Assembly (NCBI RefSeq): GCF_001194135.2
Contig: NC_068989.1
Location: forward strand, 94,890,600 to 94,954,599
Direction of reading: 5' to 3'
Length of the DNA: 64,000 nucleotides
Origin: Octopus bimaculoides
Lineage: Eukaryota
Within the stretch, counting starts at the first letter, position 1; every line of letters begins with the position of its first letter. A model generated the notes under the pieces. It saw only the letters and a list, made by a program, of their open reading frames with translations. It had not been told where the DNA came from and did not search any database. The position numbers and the translations under genes are program-made. This document shows, in pieces, positions 13,813 to 25,340 of this stretch.

Positions 13813-14246
13813 GACGAATGAATGAGAAAAGAGCGTTCACTGCATGTTGTAGAGGATGTTTTCTTTATTAAAACCAAAGCTGGGAGTTTCACGAATCGAT
13901 TATCACACATATCTATCCTCCTAATTTAGTAGCCAAAACCGACTTACTGCTCTAACTTCATATATATTGAAATATTTCCATCAATTTCTGCATATTTTGA
14001 AACACTTTAACTGCGAAAAGTTTATGTAATGGATGCATTTCCGATCATATGTTAAGCAAAGACATATAAATCCCAAAGTTTATTCAGAAACTGTTGTCGC
14101 AAATAACCAGCGGGTTTCTTTAAAATAGTTAAGAGCGACAGAAGCCGCAGGCGTCTGTTATTGACGAGGCCAAGAACGTTGAGATCACTTGATCTGGCAG
14201 CACCAGTGTCCAAGAGACGAGTTATTGTCCGCCACCGAATACTTTT

Positions 14247-14781
14247 TCTGCATGAATGCTTTTATGCACTGCAAGTTCATATGAGAGGTTCTCTCGTGAT
14301 AAATAAAGCAGTATCCTGTTCTAACACAACATACCCTTTAAATGGAATATAATCATAAGCTTTTGGTATCAATACTGCTTCTGTCGCTATTAATTATATA
14401 TATATATATATTAATAAATTATAGGGTAGCAAAAAAAATTTTAGAAATTTTATTTACCACCAGTGGTCTAGCGAGAGTAAAAAAAACAGTCAATAGACTA
14501 TGTATTATTCATTTAAAATGCAGAAATACCTATAATAGGACATCTAACCCGCTAGAAATAGCAGCAAAAGACTACATACCACAAAAATTAGGGATTATTT
14601 CGAAAGGGANNNNNNNNNNTCTGCATGAATGCTTTTATGCACTGCAAGTTCATATGAGAGGTTCTCTCGTGATAAATAAAGCAGTATCCTGTTCTAACAC
14701 AACATACCCTTTAAATGGAATATAATCATAAGCTTTTGGTATCAATACTGCTTCTGTCGCTATTAATTATATATATATATA
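14247..14781. repeat. ~164-bp direct duplication (14247-14410 and 14620-14781) across a 10-N gap (14610-14619)
   Basis: Identical sequence TCTGCATGAATGC...CTGTCGCTATTAATTATATA; the second copy starts exactly at the gap edge. Confidence 0.9.
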
Positions 14782-15709
14782 GTAAATCCCAAAATAAATG
14801 AAGAACAAACACAAAACAACAACAATAATGTGAGGACGTGGTACATGTAAAGTATTAGCAGACGCTCAAGAAAGGAAAGAGAAATGTTTTAACGTTTCTT
14901 GCCTGACGATTTCAAGGTGGATTTGAGATCTTTTGTATTTTTTTTTAATTCACGTGGTGCGATCTGTAAGAACAGATATTACTGAATAAGCCAACATACC
15001 CGAAAACATACAGATCCATCTTTCTGTTTTCCAGGTGGTGGGTTGGTGTAATCGTTAGACTGTCGACAAAAGTACCACACAGAATTTTTTCTGTCCCTCT
15101 AGGTTCCATTTCAAATCGAGTTAATGTCATTTTTGCTTTTCATTTTTTTTTAAAGCTAATAAACTAACAGGCCAGTCATTTTACTGAATACAATATAATT
15201 AATTGATACGAGTGCAAGTGACGTCAGCAAAGATGCTCGAATGAATTTTGTGAGGGCTGCTTGTTGTTTGGGCGCAGATGGAGGCATACAACGCAACGGC
15301 AATGTTATCTTTGTGAGAGAACAGTAACTTAAGCTATTAAAAGCTTTGAAAGACAATGTTAAATGTCCGACACTCATAGACAGAAAAGTCCAAGATAAAT
15401 ACAATGAACACTAGATAACTGCTTGCAATCAATTCACTCTATTGTATAATTCTTTCAAAAAATTGGTTTCAAAGTGTGAAATCTCGCTTCATTCAAGTAG
15501 TAGTGACCAGCTCTGAACGTAGTTTTAATTAACTTCTGTTTATTCTGCACTGTTTGTACGTTTTACTCCCGTTGTTATGGGTTTGAGAATTCTTTGAACG
15601 CTTCACACTTTCATTTCTCTTTCCTTCTCAATTTGAAACCATGTAAATATGAAAGAAATAATTCAATTAAATGATGTATCATTAATCTCCTTTAAGTATG
15701 CACAATGAC

Positions 15710-16961
15710 TACGCTTGTTCCGAAAATAATGGCCGATTTCAGAAACATAATTTTATTCTAGAAAAATTAATAACAATAGAAATGTTTTCATTACTCAAAG
15801 TATGAGCAGTGAACATCTATGCATCTCTGCCATTGATCAACGAGATTATTTATGCCTCGTTGATAAATACTTATTGGCTTCGATGTTAAGAAATTTTTGA
15901 AAGCTGATTCCACTTCTGGTTTGGACCTGAAAGTTTTATCACCTAAAAACGTATTTAAATGCATTAAAAAATGGAAGTCAGTGGGTGAAAGATCAGGAGA
16001 ATATGGCGGATGTGGTAAAGTCTCGTATCCAGGGTCTGAGTTCCTGCAGCATCATTCTTGCAATATGTGGTTTTGCACTAGCGTGGAGCAGAATTGACCA
16101 CGCCGATACATCAATGTAGGTTTCATTTTTCGCAAGTGAGCATACATTTCAGCGAGTTGATTGCAGTAAATCTCTGCTGTAATGCTTTGATTGGCTTCCA
16201 GAAAGCTCTGTAATGGATAACACCAATTGCACCATAATCTGTTGCTGATGCAACTTTGGCTTTGGGAAATGTTTGGGGGACTCATCACGATCAAGCCAGT
16301 GACCCGATCGTTTACGGTCATCATAAAGGATCCACTTTTTGTCACAAGTGACTATTCGGCCAAGAAAAGGATCATTGGTGTTTCACAGAAAGAGCATCGA
16401 GCACACTTCAAAACACCGAACTTTTTGATTTTCACTGAGCTCATGCGGTACCCATTTATCAAGCTTTTTCACCTTACCAATCTTCTGCAGATTGCGTGAA
16501 ACCGTTGCAATACTGACACCAAGTGCCTAAGACATTTCTCTGGCACTTTGACGTGGCTTTCAATTGTTCATTGTCAAGACTGCGTGGCCGTCCTCTGCCT
16601 TCTTCATCTTCAAGGCTCTCATCACCATTCCGGAATTTCTGAAACCACCTTCGTACAATGCGATCACTTGTGGACTCCTCTCCCCATGCTCTATTGATAT
16701 TGGCAGCAGTTTGGGAGGCATTGGGCCCAAGCTTTACGTCATGCATGAAAAGTAAGCGAAGATCTTTTTTTGTCATGTTCATAATTAAGGACGCCTATGC
16801 ACCAAGAATGTCTTCTGTCTGAAATAAATAAAAAATTATTAAAGAGCATACATCAATTATTAAGTAAGTCGAAATTCACTTAAAACATAATTAAAATACT
16901 ATGATAAATTGCGTTTCAAAGCACAACGCTTAGAGCGGCCATTATTTTCGAAGCAACCTAA
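15710..16961 (-). mobile_element. Near-full-length defective mariner (DD34D, Hsmar1/cecropia-like) DNA transposon
   Basis: Imperfect TIRs sharing CGAAAATAATGGCCG; right end TTAGGTTG (minus strand) flanked by TA at 16962-63; ~1.25 kb; encloses a transposase pseudogene. Confidence 0.9.
15791..16782 (-). pseudogene. Mariner transposase pseudogene
   Basis: HTH region (TAANINRAWG...VRRWFQKFRNGDESLEDEEGRGRP), WVPHEL, IVTCDKKW, ILLHASAKPH (HDNA degenerate), PHPPYSPDLSPTDFH, C-terminal RGINNLVDQWQRCIDVHCSYFE*; frameshifts and an in-frame stop. Confidence 0.93.
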
Positions 16962-17183
16962 TACATGTAATTATGATATAATTTAATTTCAGTGCTGAGA
17001 GAGACAGAGAGGGGGAGGCGAATTTCGAGAATGTAAAGCACTTAATAGATTGCATTCATGTACTGCCCACCTTAATTATCATTTTTGTCATCAATTATTA
17101 ATAGCCCTTATGATGTTACAATTGTTGCGGAGGATAAATTCCACTGCTTAGAAGTTGTTGTAATTGAAAGAAATGGAAAGAAA

Positions 17184-17208
17184 ATGGCGGTGGGGAAGAT
17201 TATAGAAG
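17184..17208 (+). other. Candidate short first coding exon (MAVGKIIE, phase 1)
   Basis: AAAATGG start context and AAG|GTAAGA donor at 17209; no homology support. Confidence 0.2.
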
Positions 17209-17762
17209 GTAAGAAATAAGTGTGAAATCCTGACTGAAAACAAAGGTAAATGATCGGAGAGACGCCAGCGTATGACAATGTGAAAATAGCTTTTTGCTTT
17301 ATGCATGGGAAGATAAGTAATTTACAAGACTTCTTTGTGTACAGAAAATAGAAGCAGACAAAGCAAGAGAAATTTTATACTGAGTACCATTTCTAGAGAA
17401 ACCAAACGGTTTTGCCATTAAATCATTGTTTGTTCCAAAGAACTTGATAATAAAGTAAGGAACTGGATATTTTCAAATGTTTACAAACAAGATTGAAATA
17501 AGATTTATTGCAGTAAAACTGGTCGAAGGATTTTATTTGTTCACAGTCATGTAATGATCTTGGTTTTCCACAATATTTGGACAAATCATCAAAATAACAA
17601 ATAAATTCTTGGATACTTATGATCAGAAATATTTCACATTCGAGATAAGTTTCAATAAATCAGCGTCTATCGTACCTCGTACACAAACATAAAACAATTC
17701 TTTGACACTTTTTAATCTTATTTCCCATCTCAGGTATTTTTCATGTCACTCTCCACTCACAG

Positions 17763-17851
17763 ATATCCGAAAGAAGGTCACTCGCAGGTATTCGAAAGAA
17801 ACTAGAGCAGAAGAGGCTCTGAAAGCTCTTTCGCTGCTCATCTAAGAGAAG
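17763..17851 (+). other. Candidate internal exon
   Basis: Pyrimidine-rich ...CTCTCCACTCACAG acceptor and AAG|GTAACT donor; all three frames contain a stop. Confidence 0.25.
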
Positions 17852-18417
17852 GTAACTCCATATATATTCTGTATCTTGATTACTCTTGAACTCGTGGCCT
17901 TTGTTTGAGAGTGAGATTGTCTCTGTACGAACGATTTACACTAAAATAATAAACACCTGCCATCTTTTGGGATAATATATTGATCGTTAATGAAAAAAAA
18001 GGTCTAATAGACTAAATCTTTAAAGAAAATCCAGAGGAAGAAACCGTTAGGCAGGTGTGTAGGGTTATATCTAACCATAATCTTAGCCTCCCCATTGCCT
18101 AGTCTTTGTTTCGTAGCGTACCCGTGAATAGAGAGGTGGAAAGGATACTTGGGACAAAGCACTTTCTTCTGGAAACAGCGCAGGCACAACAGAGATCCTT
18201 AAGTTACTGTCTTTGCAATACCGTCGATCAATGACGTAAAAGTTTAGCCAAAAGACATTTTATGCAGATATTTATAAATAGTTTTTAGATACTTTTCATC
18301 AGAAATAAATTACATGGCAGATATTTTGTGTGTAAATCAGCGCCTATGCATTTATATAACATCTTCAGTTGTTCTTATTGTTTAATCCTAGATCATCCCC
18401 GATTAAGCAAACAATAT

Positions 18418-18610
18418 ATATTCTTTTCTACTCTAAGCAGAAGGCCCGAAATTTTTTGTGAGAAGGCCAGTCGATTAGGATGAAAGGCAAAGACAGAAGG
18501 ATGAAAGGCAAAGTCGACATCGGTGGAATTTGAACTCAGAACGTAAGGACAGACAAAATTCCGCTAAGCATTTCACCCGGCGTGCTAACGTTTCTGCCAG
18601 CTCGCCACTT
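18418..18610 (-). mobile_element. SINE family A, well conserved, with an internal 16-nt duplication (AGGATGAAAGGCAAAG x2) and deletion
   Basis: Reverse complement of the family A sequence at 58455-58662. Confidence 0.88.
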
Positions 18611-19044
18611 TATTCAGAGAGTGTATATTGGCTATATTATTCACTATTCGTCTCTCTACTTTTAAGACGTCATGGGGTGGTTTGAAGAAGATATTACTTC
18701 TGTTTCTAGCCAATTGACCAGTCCCTTACACAGCCCGGTTTATGGTTTATGCTGTAGACAAGTCCCTGTCTCTCTTTAGAACGTATTGTCTTTCTAGTCG
18801 ATTATCCCCTTTTCACAATAACGCTTCAATGGTAACAAAGAGAAATCAAGTGAGTAATAGCGTCATTTGAAACGTAAAGGACTTGCCAACAATAAAGAAA
18901 CCCCTACAAAGTTTTTTGACTGCTAAAAATTGCAACCTAGCAATTCTTTTCACACACTAATAGCACAGAGAGTAAGGTAGCTCTTGATATGTTTTGACCA
19001 CAGCTAGAAAGACATGGACAGTGCGTCTTCCCGACACAGCTGAA

Positions 19045-19310
19045 AGCACGTGACGCTGTGGTTAGAGCATTGCACTCCCGATCATGGTTAAATCGTTGTT
19101 TAGATTCCCAAACCGGTCGCTCCATTATATGATTGTGCAAAAATCTTCATTTCATGATGCTGCAGTCGAAATTAGTTCCAGAGATAGTTGAGAAGTTAAC
19201 TCTTCAACGGACCGGCATCCCGTTCAGTGGAGGGGAAGGGGAAGCGTTGTAATTCAATCTTTTATTTGCCATGGAAACCAGCTTACAATCTGGCCTTATG
19301 AGTGCTTGGC
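19045..19310 (+). mobile_element. tRNA-type SINE of another family, diverged
   Basis: GACGCTGTGGTTAGAGCATTGCACT A-box-like head; downstream GGCATCCCGTTCAG...ATGGAAACCAGC resembles a widespread SINE core (recollection). Confidence 0.45.
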
Positions 19311-20771
19311 CTCCTGACAGACCTCGGCAAGTTTTCACGATGATGAGGTTAACATGGGTGATGCAATGATTTGTAAGAAAAATGATAAACACTTCCAAAA
19401 CAATGTGAATAGATGTTAAGTGTGTCGCAAAGACCATTCTACAACTCAGTATAGTATTAATGCATTTTTCTTTATCTTATTTGTATTCACTATTGCTGTG
19501 ATGTCCCAATGAGTAAAGGAACTCACAAAAATCATCAGTGGTGTTTTTATTTAAGCAGCTTATTATAAATTCTACACCAATCCGTTAGGGAAGTGAAGAT
19601 TCTAAAATATAAAAGACCTCCGTTATAAAAGATACAATACATAAACAAACTTATAGAGATGGAATCTCGAAAAATTAGATTTCATTTACAAACAGCTTTT
19701 GATTAAAATGTGAATATATAAAAAAAAACCGAAATTACAAAATTGTTGATGCTTCGCTTAATGAAATGAATCGTTTATATAGACTAGCAAGATTAGTTGC
19801 TAAGCTGTACTGGGGAAAAATTAATAGAATTGATTTTCTTGTGGCTGGTCTGAAAATGGAAAATGAAAAGACGCCCAGAAACTCTTGTAACGCATAGGGC
19901 TATACCTGTGGTTCTTCAAATGTGACTTACGGCGCATGAGCAGAGTGAAATATGACCTTTCAGTAACTAATTAAATTAATATCTCAAATACTGCAGCATG
20001 TATTGTGTAATTGTACTTACAATATTTCGTACATTTGACGCAGTCCAATGCATAGGAATAAATAATATTATGAATTATGTAATAGAAGTACTGCTACCCG
20101 CAACAGACATTACCAGAAATAATACATTATATATTTGCTTAATTACTCATTGAGCTGGTTGGTGCGGTGGCGACGTACAGATCCCTTAAACGAGAAATCT
20201 GTGGATTAAAACTACACTTTTCGAAGAGATTGGTTCTATTTTTGATATCTGTATATCGCAACTGACTTGTCTGCAAATATATCAATCATGTACATATATG
20301 TATACCTAGACAAGTCGGTACAAATGTGTGCACTCACTCAAATATATAGATATATTTTACACAAACACACACACACGCGCACACAAACAGTCACATTCTT
20401 TACACGTATACACATGTACTTACGCAGAGTTGAAACGTTGCTTGATTTTTGTTTCACTGTTGACTTTTCACCATCCCACTTCCATCAGTGGATCACCCCT
20501 TCTTTTCTCATTCATATATTGTGTCGGAGAAATGCACAAGGGTTTTATTATAGTAGATTATTATAGTAGAAGATGCACGACGCTCTCTTTGTCATTTCAT
20601 CTCTCTCTCTCTCTCTCATTGCTATTACTTTCTCTCACTCCCTCTTAGTCATGGCTATTACTCTCACTACTTCTCCTTCATTCAATTACTATTTTCTCTC
20701 ATCTCCCTTCGCCATTTGCTCCGGCTGCGTGATTTTGGACAAACATATATATATATATATATATATATATA

Positions 20772-20952
20772 NNNNNNNNNNNNNNNNNNNNNNNNNNNNN
20801 NNNNNNNNNNNNNNNNNNNNNNNNNNNNNNNNNNNNNNNNNNNNNNNNNNNNNNNNNNNNNNNNNNNNNNNNNNNNNNNNNNNNNNNNNNNNNNNNNNNN
20901 NNNNNNNNNNNNNNNNNNNNNNNNNNNNNNNNNNNNNNNNNNNNNNNNNNNN
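20772..20952. other. Assembly gap (N)
   Basis: Run of N after (TA)n. Confidence 1.
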
Positions 20953-21200
20953 GGAGAATGTACGAAAAAACAACAACAGACGAGGACAGGTGGTGTAAAC
21001 AACAGAAGGATGTATTAGTTTAACGCTCGGGAATAGAGAAAGTCCTTAACGTTTCGAGCTACGCTCTTCAACAGAAAGAATACGGAGAAAACAAGGAGAA
21101 AAACACGGAGAAAAAAAATTGAATGTTTTGGTCAGCGATCTATCATGGCGACTGCCGGACAGAAAGTTCACACAGGAGAGCTAAGAAAAAGGGGAGATAA
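20953..21200 (-). mobile_element. Penelope-like terminal (pLTR) fragment
   Basis: Matches 59640-59765 in opposite orientation (GTATTAGTTT.ACGCTCGGGAA...ACGTTTCGAGC.TACGCTCTTCAACAGAAAG); adjacent to (TA)n; contains a hammerhead-like motif. No RT or GIY-YIG sequence seen, so the class is inferred. Confidence 0.5.
21043..21079 (-). ncRNA. Minimal type I hammerhead-ribozyme-like motif (copy 2)
   Basis: Minus strand reads TCTTT CTGTTGA A GAGC-GTA-GCTC GAAA C GTT AAGGA. Confidence 0.45.
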
Positions 21201-21218
21201 CAAAAGGGGAAAAAAACG

Positions 21219-21256
<38 letters not shown>

Positions 21257-21729
21257 TATATAAAAACACTACGCTCATTATTATATTAAGAGATTATTAT
21301 AATATAGTTTCTGTAGGACGCGATCCTGTATTTCATGATCTGAAGTTACTATCTGTTTTTCTTAGGAAGGAGGTTAACACTGTTTCTCGGGATTTCGGTG
21401 GCCTGGCTGAAGTTATCGGAACTTCTGAGTTGTACTTGCTAGACAAGTGAATTCGTCTGGGACTGCACTAAAACCAAAACAATTACAGCGTAGAAATCAT
21501 ACAAGGACTGTTAACTTTACTTCAACTTTCATTATTTGGTGTCAAAACTTTCGTCGCATTACTTCCGATCTGCTCACCGCTACGGTTCCATTGCAATCCA
21601 TGATATCAAGTAAATATACTCGGATGGTATTTAATTGGGAAATTTGGCACATTGTTTACTTAGATATGTCATGAAGGCAGAGAAAGAAAAGAAAGATCTT
21701 TCAACGCTGGATTACAGTTATTACAAACA

Positions 21730-21950
21730 GGGCGGCGAGCTGGCAGAATCGTTAGCACGCGGGGAAAAATGCTTCGTGGTATTTCGTTATGAGTTCAAAT
21801 TCCGCCGAGGTCGACTTTGCCTTTCATCTTCTCAGGGTCGATTAAATAAGTACCAGTTACCCACTGGAGTCGATGTAATCGACTTAATCATTTGTCTGTC
21901 CTTGTTTGTCTCTTCTATGTTTATCCCCCTGTGAGCAATAAAGAAATAAA
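21730..21950 (+). mobile_element. SINE family A (alternative 3' tail subfamily)
   Basis: GGCGGCGAGCTGGCAGAATCGTTAGCACG head, GAGTTCAAATTCCGCCGAGGTCGACTTTGCCTTTCATC core, AATAAAGAAATAAA tail. Confidence 0.88.
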
Positions 21951-22136
21951 TATATATTCTAGATTAAATAAGCCAGAATATTTGTAATCTGTATCCAAGA
22001 ATGATAGAAAAATAATAACTTCTATGAAATAAATGATTAGTCTTGAATGAAGAGCTTATAGTTAAATTAGCACCAACAAAAGCGTAACTGAAATGTGATA
22101 TTATGAGAGCAAATAGAGAAATCGAAAATAATGTAA

Positions 22137-22138
<2 letters not shown>

Positions 22139-22199
<61 letters not shown>

Positions 22200-22260
22200 G
22201 TATATATGTATATGTGTGTGTGTGTGTGTATGTGTGTGCATACAGAGAGAGAGAGAGTAA
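22139..22260. repeat. Compound (GT)n/(TA)/(GA)n microsatellite
   Basis: Direct inspection. Confidence 0.9.
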
Positions 22261-22423
22261 GAGAGTGACAGATGCGACAAATAGATACACAAGCATAATC
22301 CAAAGGTAGCAGACAATAAATTGGTTAGAGTTATAGCGGAGAGAAACGTTTTGAATTTAAATATTTGATCAGCTGAAAGGAAATGCATAAATTGTTTTAA
22401 ATTATTGCCATCACGTGTATATA

Positions 22424-22605
22424 GGCGCAAGCATAGCTCATTTGTTTAGAAACTTGCTTGACAACCGTGTGGTATTAGGCTCGGCCGCCTCGCGTAGCAC
22501 CTTGGCAAAGCATCTTTTACTGAAGCGTCAGAGCGAACGATACATTGTAAGTGATTGGATTTGGTAGACGAAGAATGTGGAAAACTCCGTCATATACATA
22601 TATCT
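22424..22605 (+). mobile_element. SINE family B 5' part, diverged
   Basis: GGCGCAAGCATAGCT...CACCTTGGCAAAG...GGATTTGGTAGACG. Confidence 0.6.
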
Positions 22606-22654
22606 TGTTAGCTACCTTTAGATTATGCCTGTATAGTTATTTGTCCATCTCTCA

Positions 22655-22700
<46 letters not shown>

Positions 22701-23221
22701 NNNNNNNNNNNNNNNNNNNNNNNNNNNNNNNNNNNNNNNNNNNNNNNNNNNNNNNNNNNNNNNNNNNNNNNNNNNNNNNNNNNNNNNNNNNNNNNNNNNN
22801 NNNNNNNNNNNNNNNNNNNNNNNNNNNNNNNNNNNNNNNNNNNNNNNNNNNNNNNNNNNNNNNNNNNNNNNNNNNNNNNNNNNNNNNNNNNNNNNNNNNN
22901 NNNNNNNNNNNNNNNNNNNNNNNNNNNNNNNNNNNNNNNNNNNNNNNNNNNNNNNNNNNNNNNNNNNNNNNNNNNNNNNNNNNNNNNNNNNNNNNNNNNN
23001 NNNNNNNNNNNNNNNNNNNNNNNNNNNNNNNNNNNNNNNNNNNNNNNNNNNNNNNNNNNNNNNNNNNNNNNNNNNNNNNNNNNNNNNNNNNNNNNNNNNN
23101 NNNNNNNNNNNNNNNNNNNNNNNNNNNNNNNNNNNNNNNNNNNNNNNNNNNNNNNNNNNNNNNNNNNNNNNNNNNNNNNNNNNNNNNNNNNNNNNNNNNN
23201 NNNNNNNNNNNNNNNNNNNNN
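22701..23221. other. Assembly gap (N) after (CT)n
   Basis: Run of N. Confidence 1.
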
Positions 23222-24169
23222 GAGTATATGCATATATATGTACATGTGTGTATATACCTTCATCCACATGTACACATAGATACATAACTGGGTACATGAT
23301 GTGGCAAAAGAACATGTACAAAATGATAAACAAGGTACAACAAACAAGCAAGTCACGTAGAAACATCTCCTTCATCAGCTGCCACCATTAAAACACCGGC
23401 GTTTCGAAGAAATTAAGGCAGTACGCATCGTTGAAATGGTTCTTCCCACGAACACAAATTAAATCATTTTCGTGGAGGATAGTGGCGGACGGAAAACAAG
23501 ACAGGAAAACGAAATGGTGAATAAACAAACAAGCAAAAGGCTGTACAGCCAGACGTGAAGTGTGTATGTATTGAACGCTGTGAATATATATATGTATATC
23601 GCTTAGGCATATCGGTTACTAATAACCTGGTGTTAGAGCTGAATACCCATGTTTCAAAATAAAGCGTTAGTCAAGTACAGAGCGTAATAAAAAAAATTAA
23701 ATAAATGACAAAGGAACGGGAAATTATGCATAATTTCCTTTTCCTTCTCATATATTTAATTTCATGTGTCTGTCTGTTTGTCTGTATTTGTTTTTCTCTG
23801 TTGGTTGCCCTACCACTTGACACCATGTTTTGATTTGCTTACGTCCTCGTAACTTGGTTTGACAAAGAGGCCGATTGGATAGGTACACGGTTTTATTTTT
23901 TCTTAATTACGTGCTGGGGTTGATTTGTTCGCCTAAACCTTCCAAGGTGGTGTCTCAGAATAACCGCAGAACAATGGGTGAAAGGAGAAAGAGATGAAAG
24001 ATAAACTAAACAGGATCGTTTATCTTCTAAAACTGGAGGGTTATTGGTTGAGGCATTGGGCTGAAGAGGGTAAGTCTGTGCATTGTCGCCTTGAATAACG
24101 CTTTTCATTCCACGTTATTTCCGTCCATTTAGCTGAAAATGAGTTCCACCACGCGCTGGCGACGTCCAG

Positions 24170-24480
24170 GCGTCAATAATACAGAGAGAGTCATCAAGAC
24201 TAGTAGCTGCAGTTGTAGTCGTTTTTGTTGCTGTAGCAGGAACAGTAGCAGCAGCGACAGCAGGTGTAATGACCGCCCGACTAATATGCCGCTCCATATA
24301 ATGGTTTCCATTATCGCTTGAGATACGTCGATGGTATTGACAGCACGATGACGACGACCACCACCACCACGGCGATGATGATAACGCTGACGTCGACGAC
24401 GCCGACGACGACCACGGCGATGGTGACAACGATGACGTCGACGACGACTGTGACGATAATGTTGAGGAAGAAAGTTCGCA
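24170..24480. repeat. Low-complexity trinucleotide region (GCA/GAC/ACC/GAT)
   Basis: Degenerate triplet runs; source of ORFs 24115-24530. Confidence 0.75.
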
Positions 24481-24761
24481 GTAACAATCAATACGACGAA
24501 AACCGAAGAATGTCTTAATGAAGTTAACAATCAGTTTTTCTTTTCTTTTCTTTTCCTCAGAGAACCAATTAATAGGAAATTCTACAGAAATTGAAAAATG
24601 TGAATGAAACCGATATTAAATTCTTGTCAAAGGGAAATGCAAGACCTTTAATGCTCTAACATATTTATGACAACTTGGTAGAGAGGACTACAAAGTCCTA
24701 GTGGTAGACGCATCATTAGGCGTGCTGCAGGAGTGAAGTAAGCACAAGGCATACAGCAAGC

Positions 24762-24844
24762 GCAGGTGTGCCGCAGGTGTGCCGCAGGTGTGCCGCATGT
24801 GTGCCGCAGGTGTGCCGCAGGTGCAGGTGTGACGCATGTGTGGC
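24762..24844. repeat. 11-bp minisatellite (GCAGGTGTGCC) x ~7.5
   Basis: Units start at 24762, 24773, 24784, 24795 (CATGTG variant), 24806, 24817 (truncated), 24823 and 24834 (variant). Confidence 0.95.
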
Positions 24845-24869
24845 GTAGCTGCTGGCACGGCTGTGTGGC

Positions 24870-25010
24870 AAGATGTCTGATTTCCGTTCTATGGTTCTGG
24901 ATTCAGTTCCACTGAGTGACACCTTGGTTGAATGTATCTTCTACTATAGCCTTGGTCAAAACTTTTCAGAGGGAATTTGGTAGACGGAAACTGAGAGAAG
25001 ACCGTTGTGT

Positions 25011-25085
<75 letters not shown>

Positions 25086-25215
25086 TGCGCGTTAGCTTTA
25101 TGTTTTCATCTGGACTCCACGACCGGATAAATACTGGCGTTGCTTTGTTTACGTCTCCGTATCCTAGCGCTTCGGTAAAAAGGGTCAGATAGAATAAATA
25201 CAAGATTTAAACAAA
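24870..25215 (+). mobile_element. SINE family B with internal (GT)n
   Basis: GGATTCAGTTCCACTGAGTGACACCTTGG...TTTGGTAGACGGAAACTGAGAGAAGACCG-(GT)n-...GTTTACGTCTCCGTA...GATAGAATAAATAC. Confidence 0.8.
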
Positions 25216-25239
25216 AAATAATTACTGAGGTCGTTGATG

Positions 25240-25340
25240 ACACTTGCCCATTTTCCCGAGGTGCTCCGCATTGGGTATGAACCCGAAACCACGTGGTTAC
25301 AAAGCAATCTTCTTAGCCACTCAGCGATTTCTGCGCCCAG
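25240..25340 (-). mobile_element. SINE family B head fragment, inverted relative to the neighbouring copy
   Basis: GACACTTGCCC...GAACCCGAAACCACGTGGTT...CTTCTTAGCCACTCAGC. Confidence 0.7.

Noticed and set aside
21730-21810. tRNA-like A/B boxes at SINE heads as tRNA genes
   Set aside because: No cloverleaf; they continue into shared SINE cores.
24115-24530. Ser/Thr-, Arg- or Asp/His-rich ORFs that look like biased proteins
   Set aside because: Open in several frames on both strands because of trinucleotide low complexity; no domain and no convincing splice boundaries.
24762-24844. Short tandem repeat as a possible CRISPR array
   Set aside because: No unique spacers, 11-bp unit, no cas genes, eukaryotic context.
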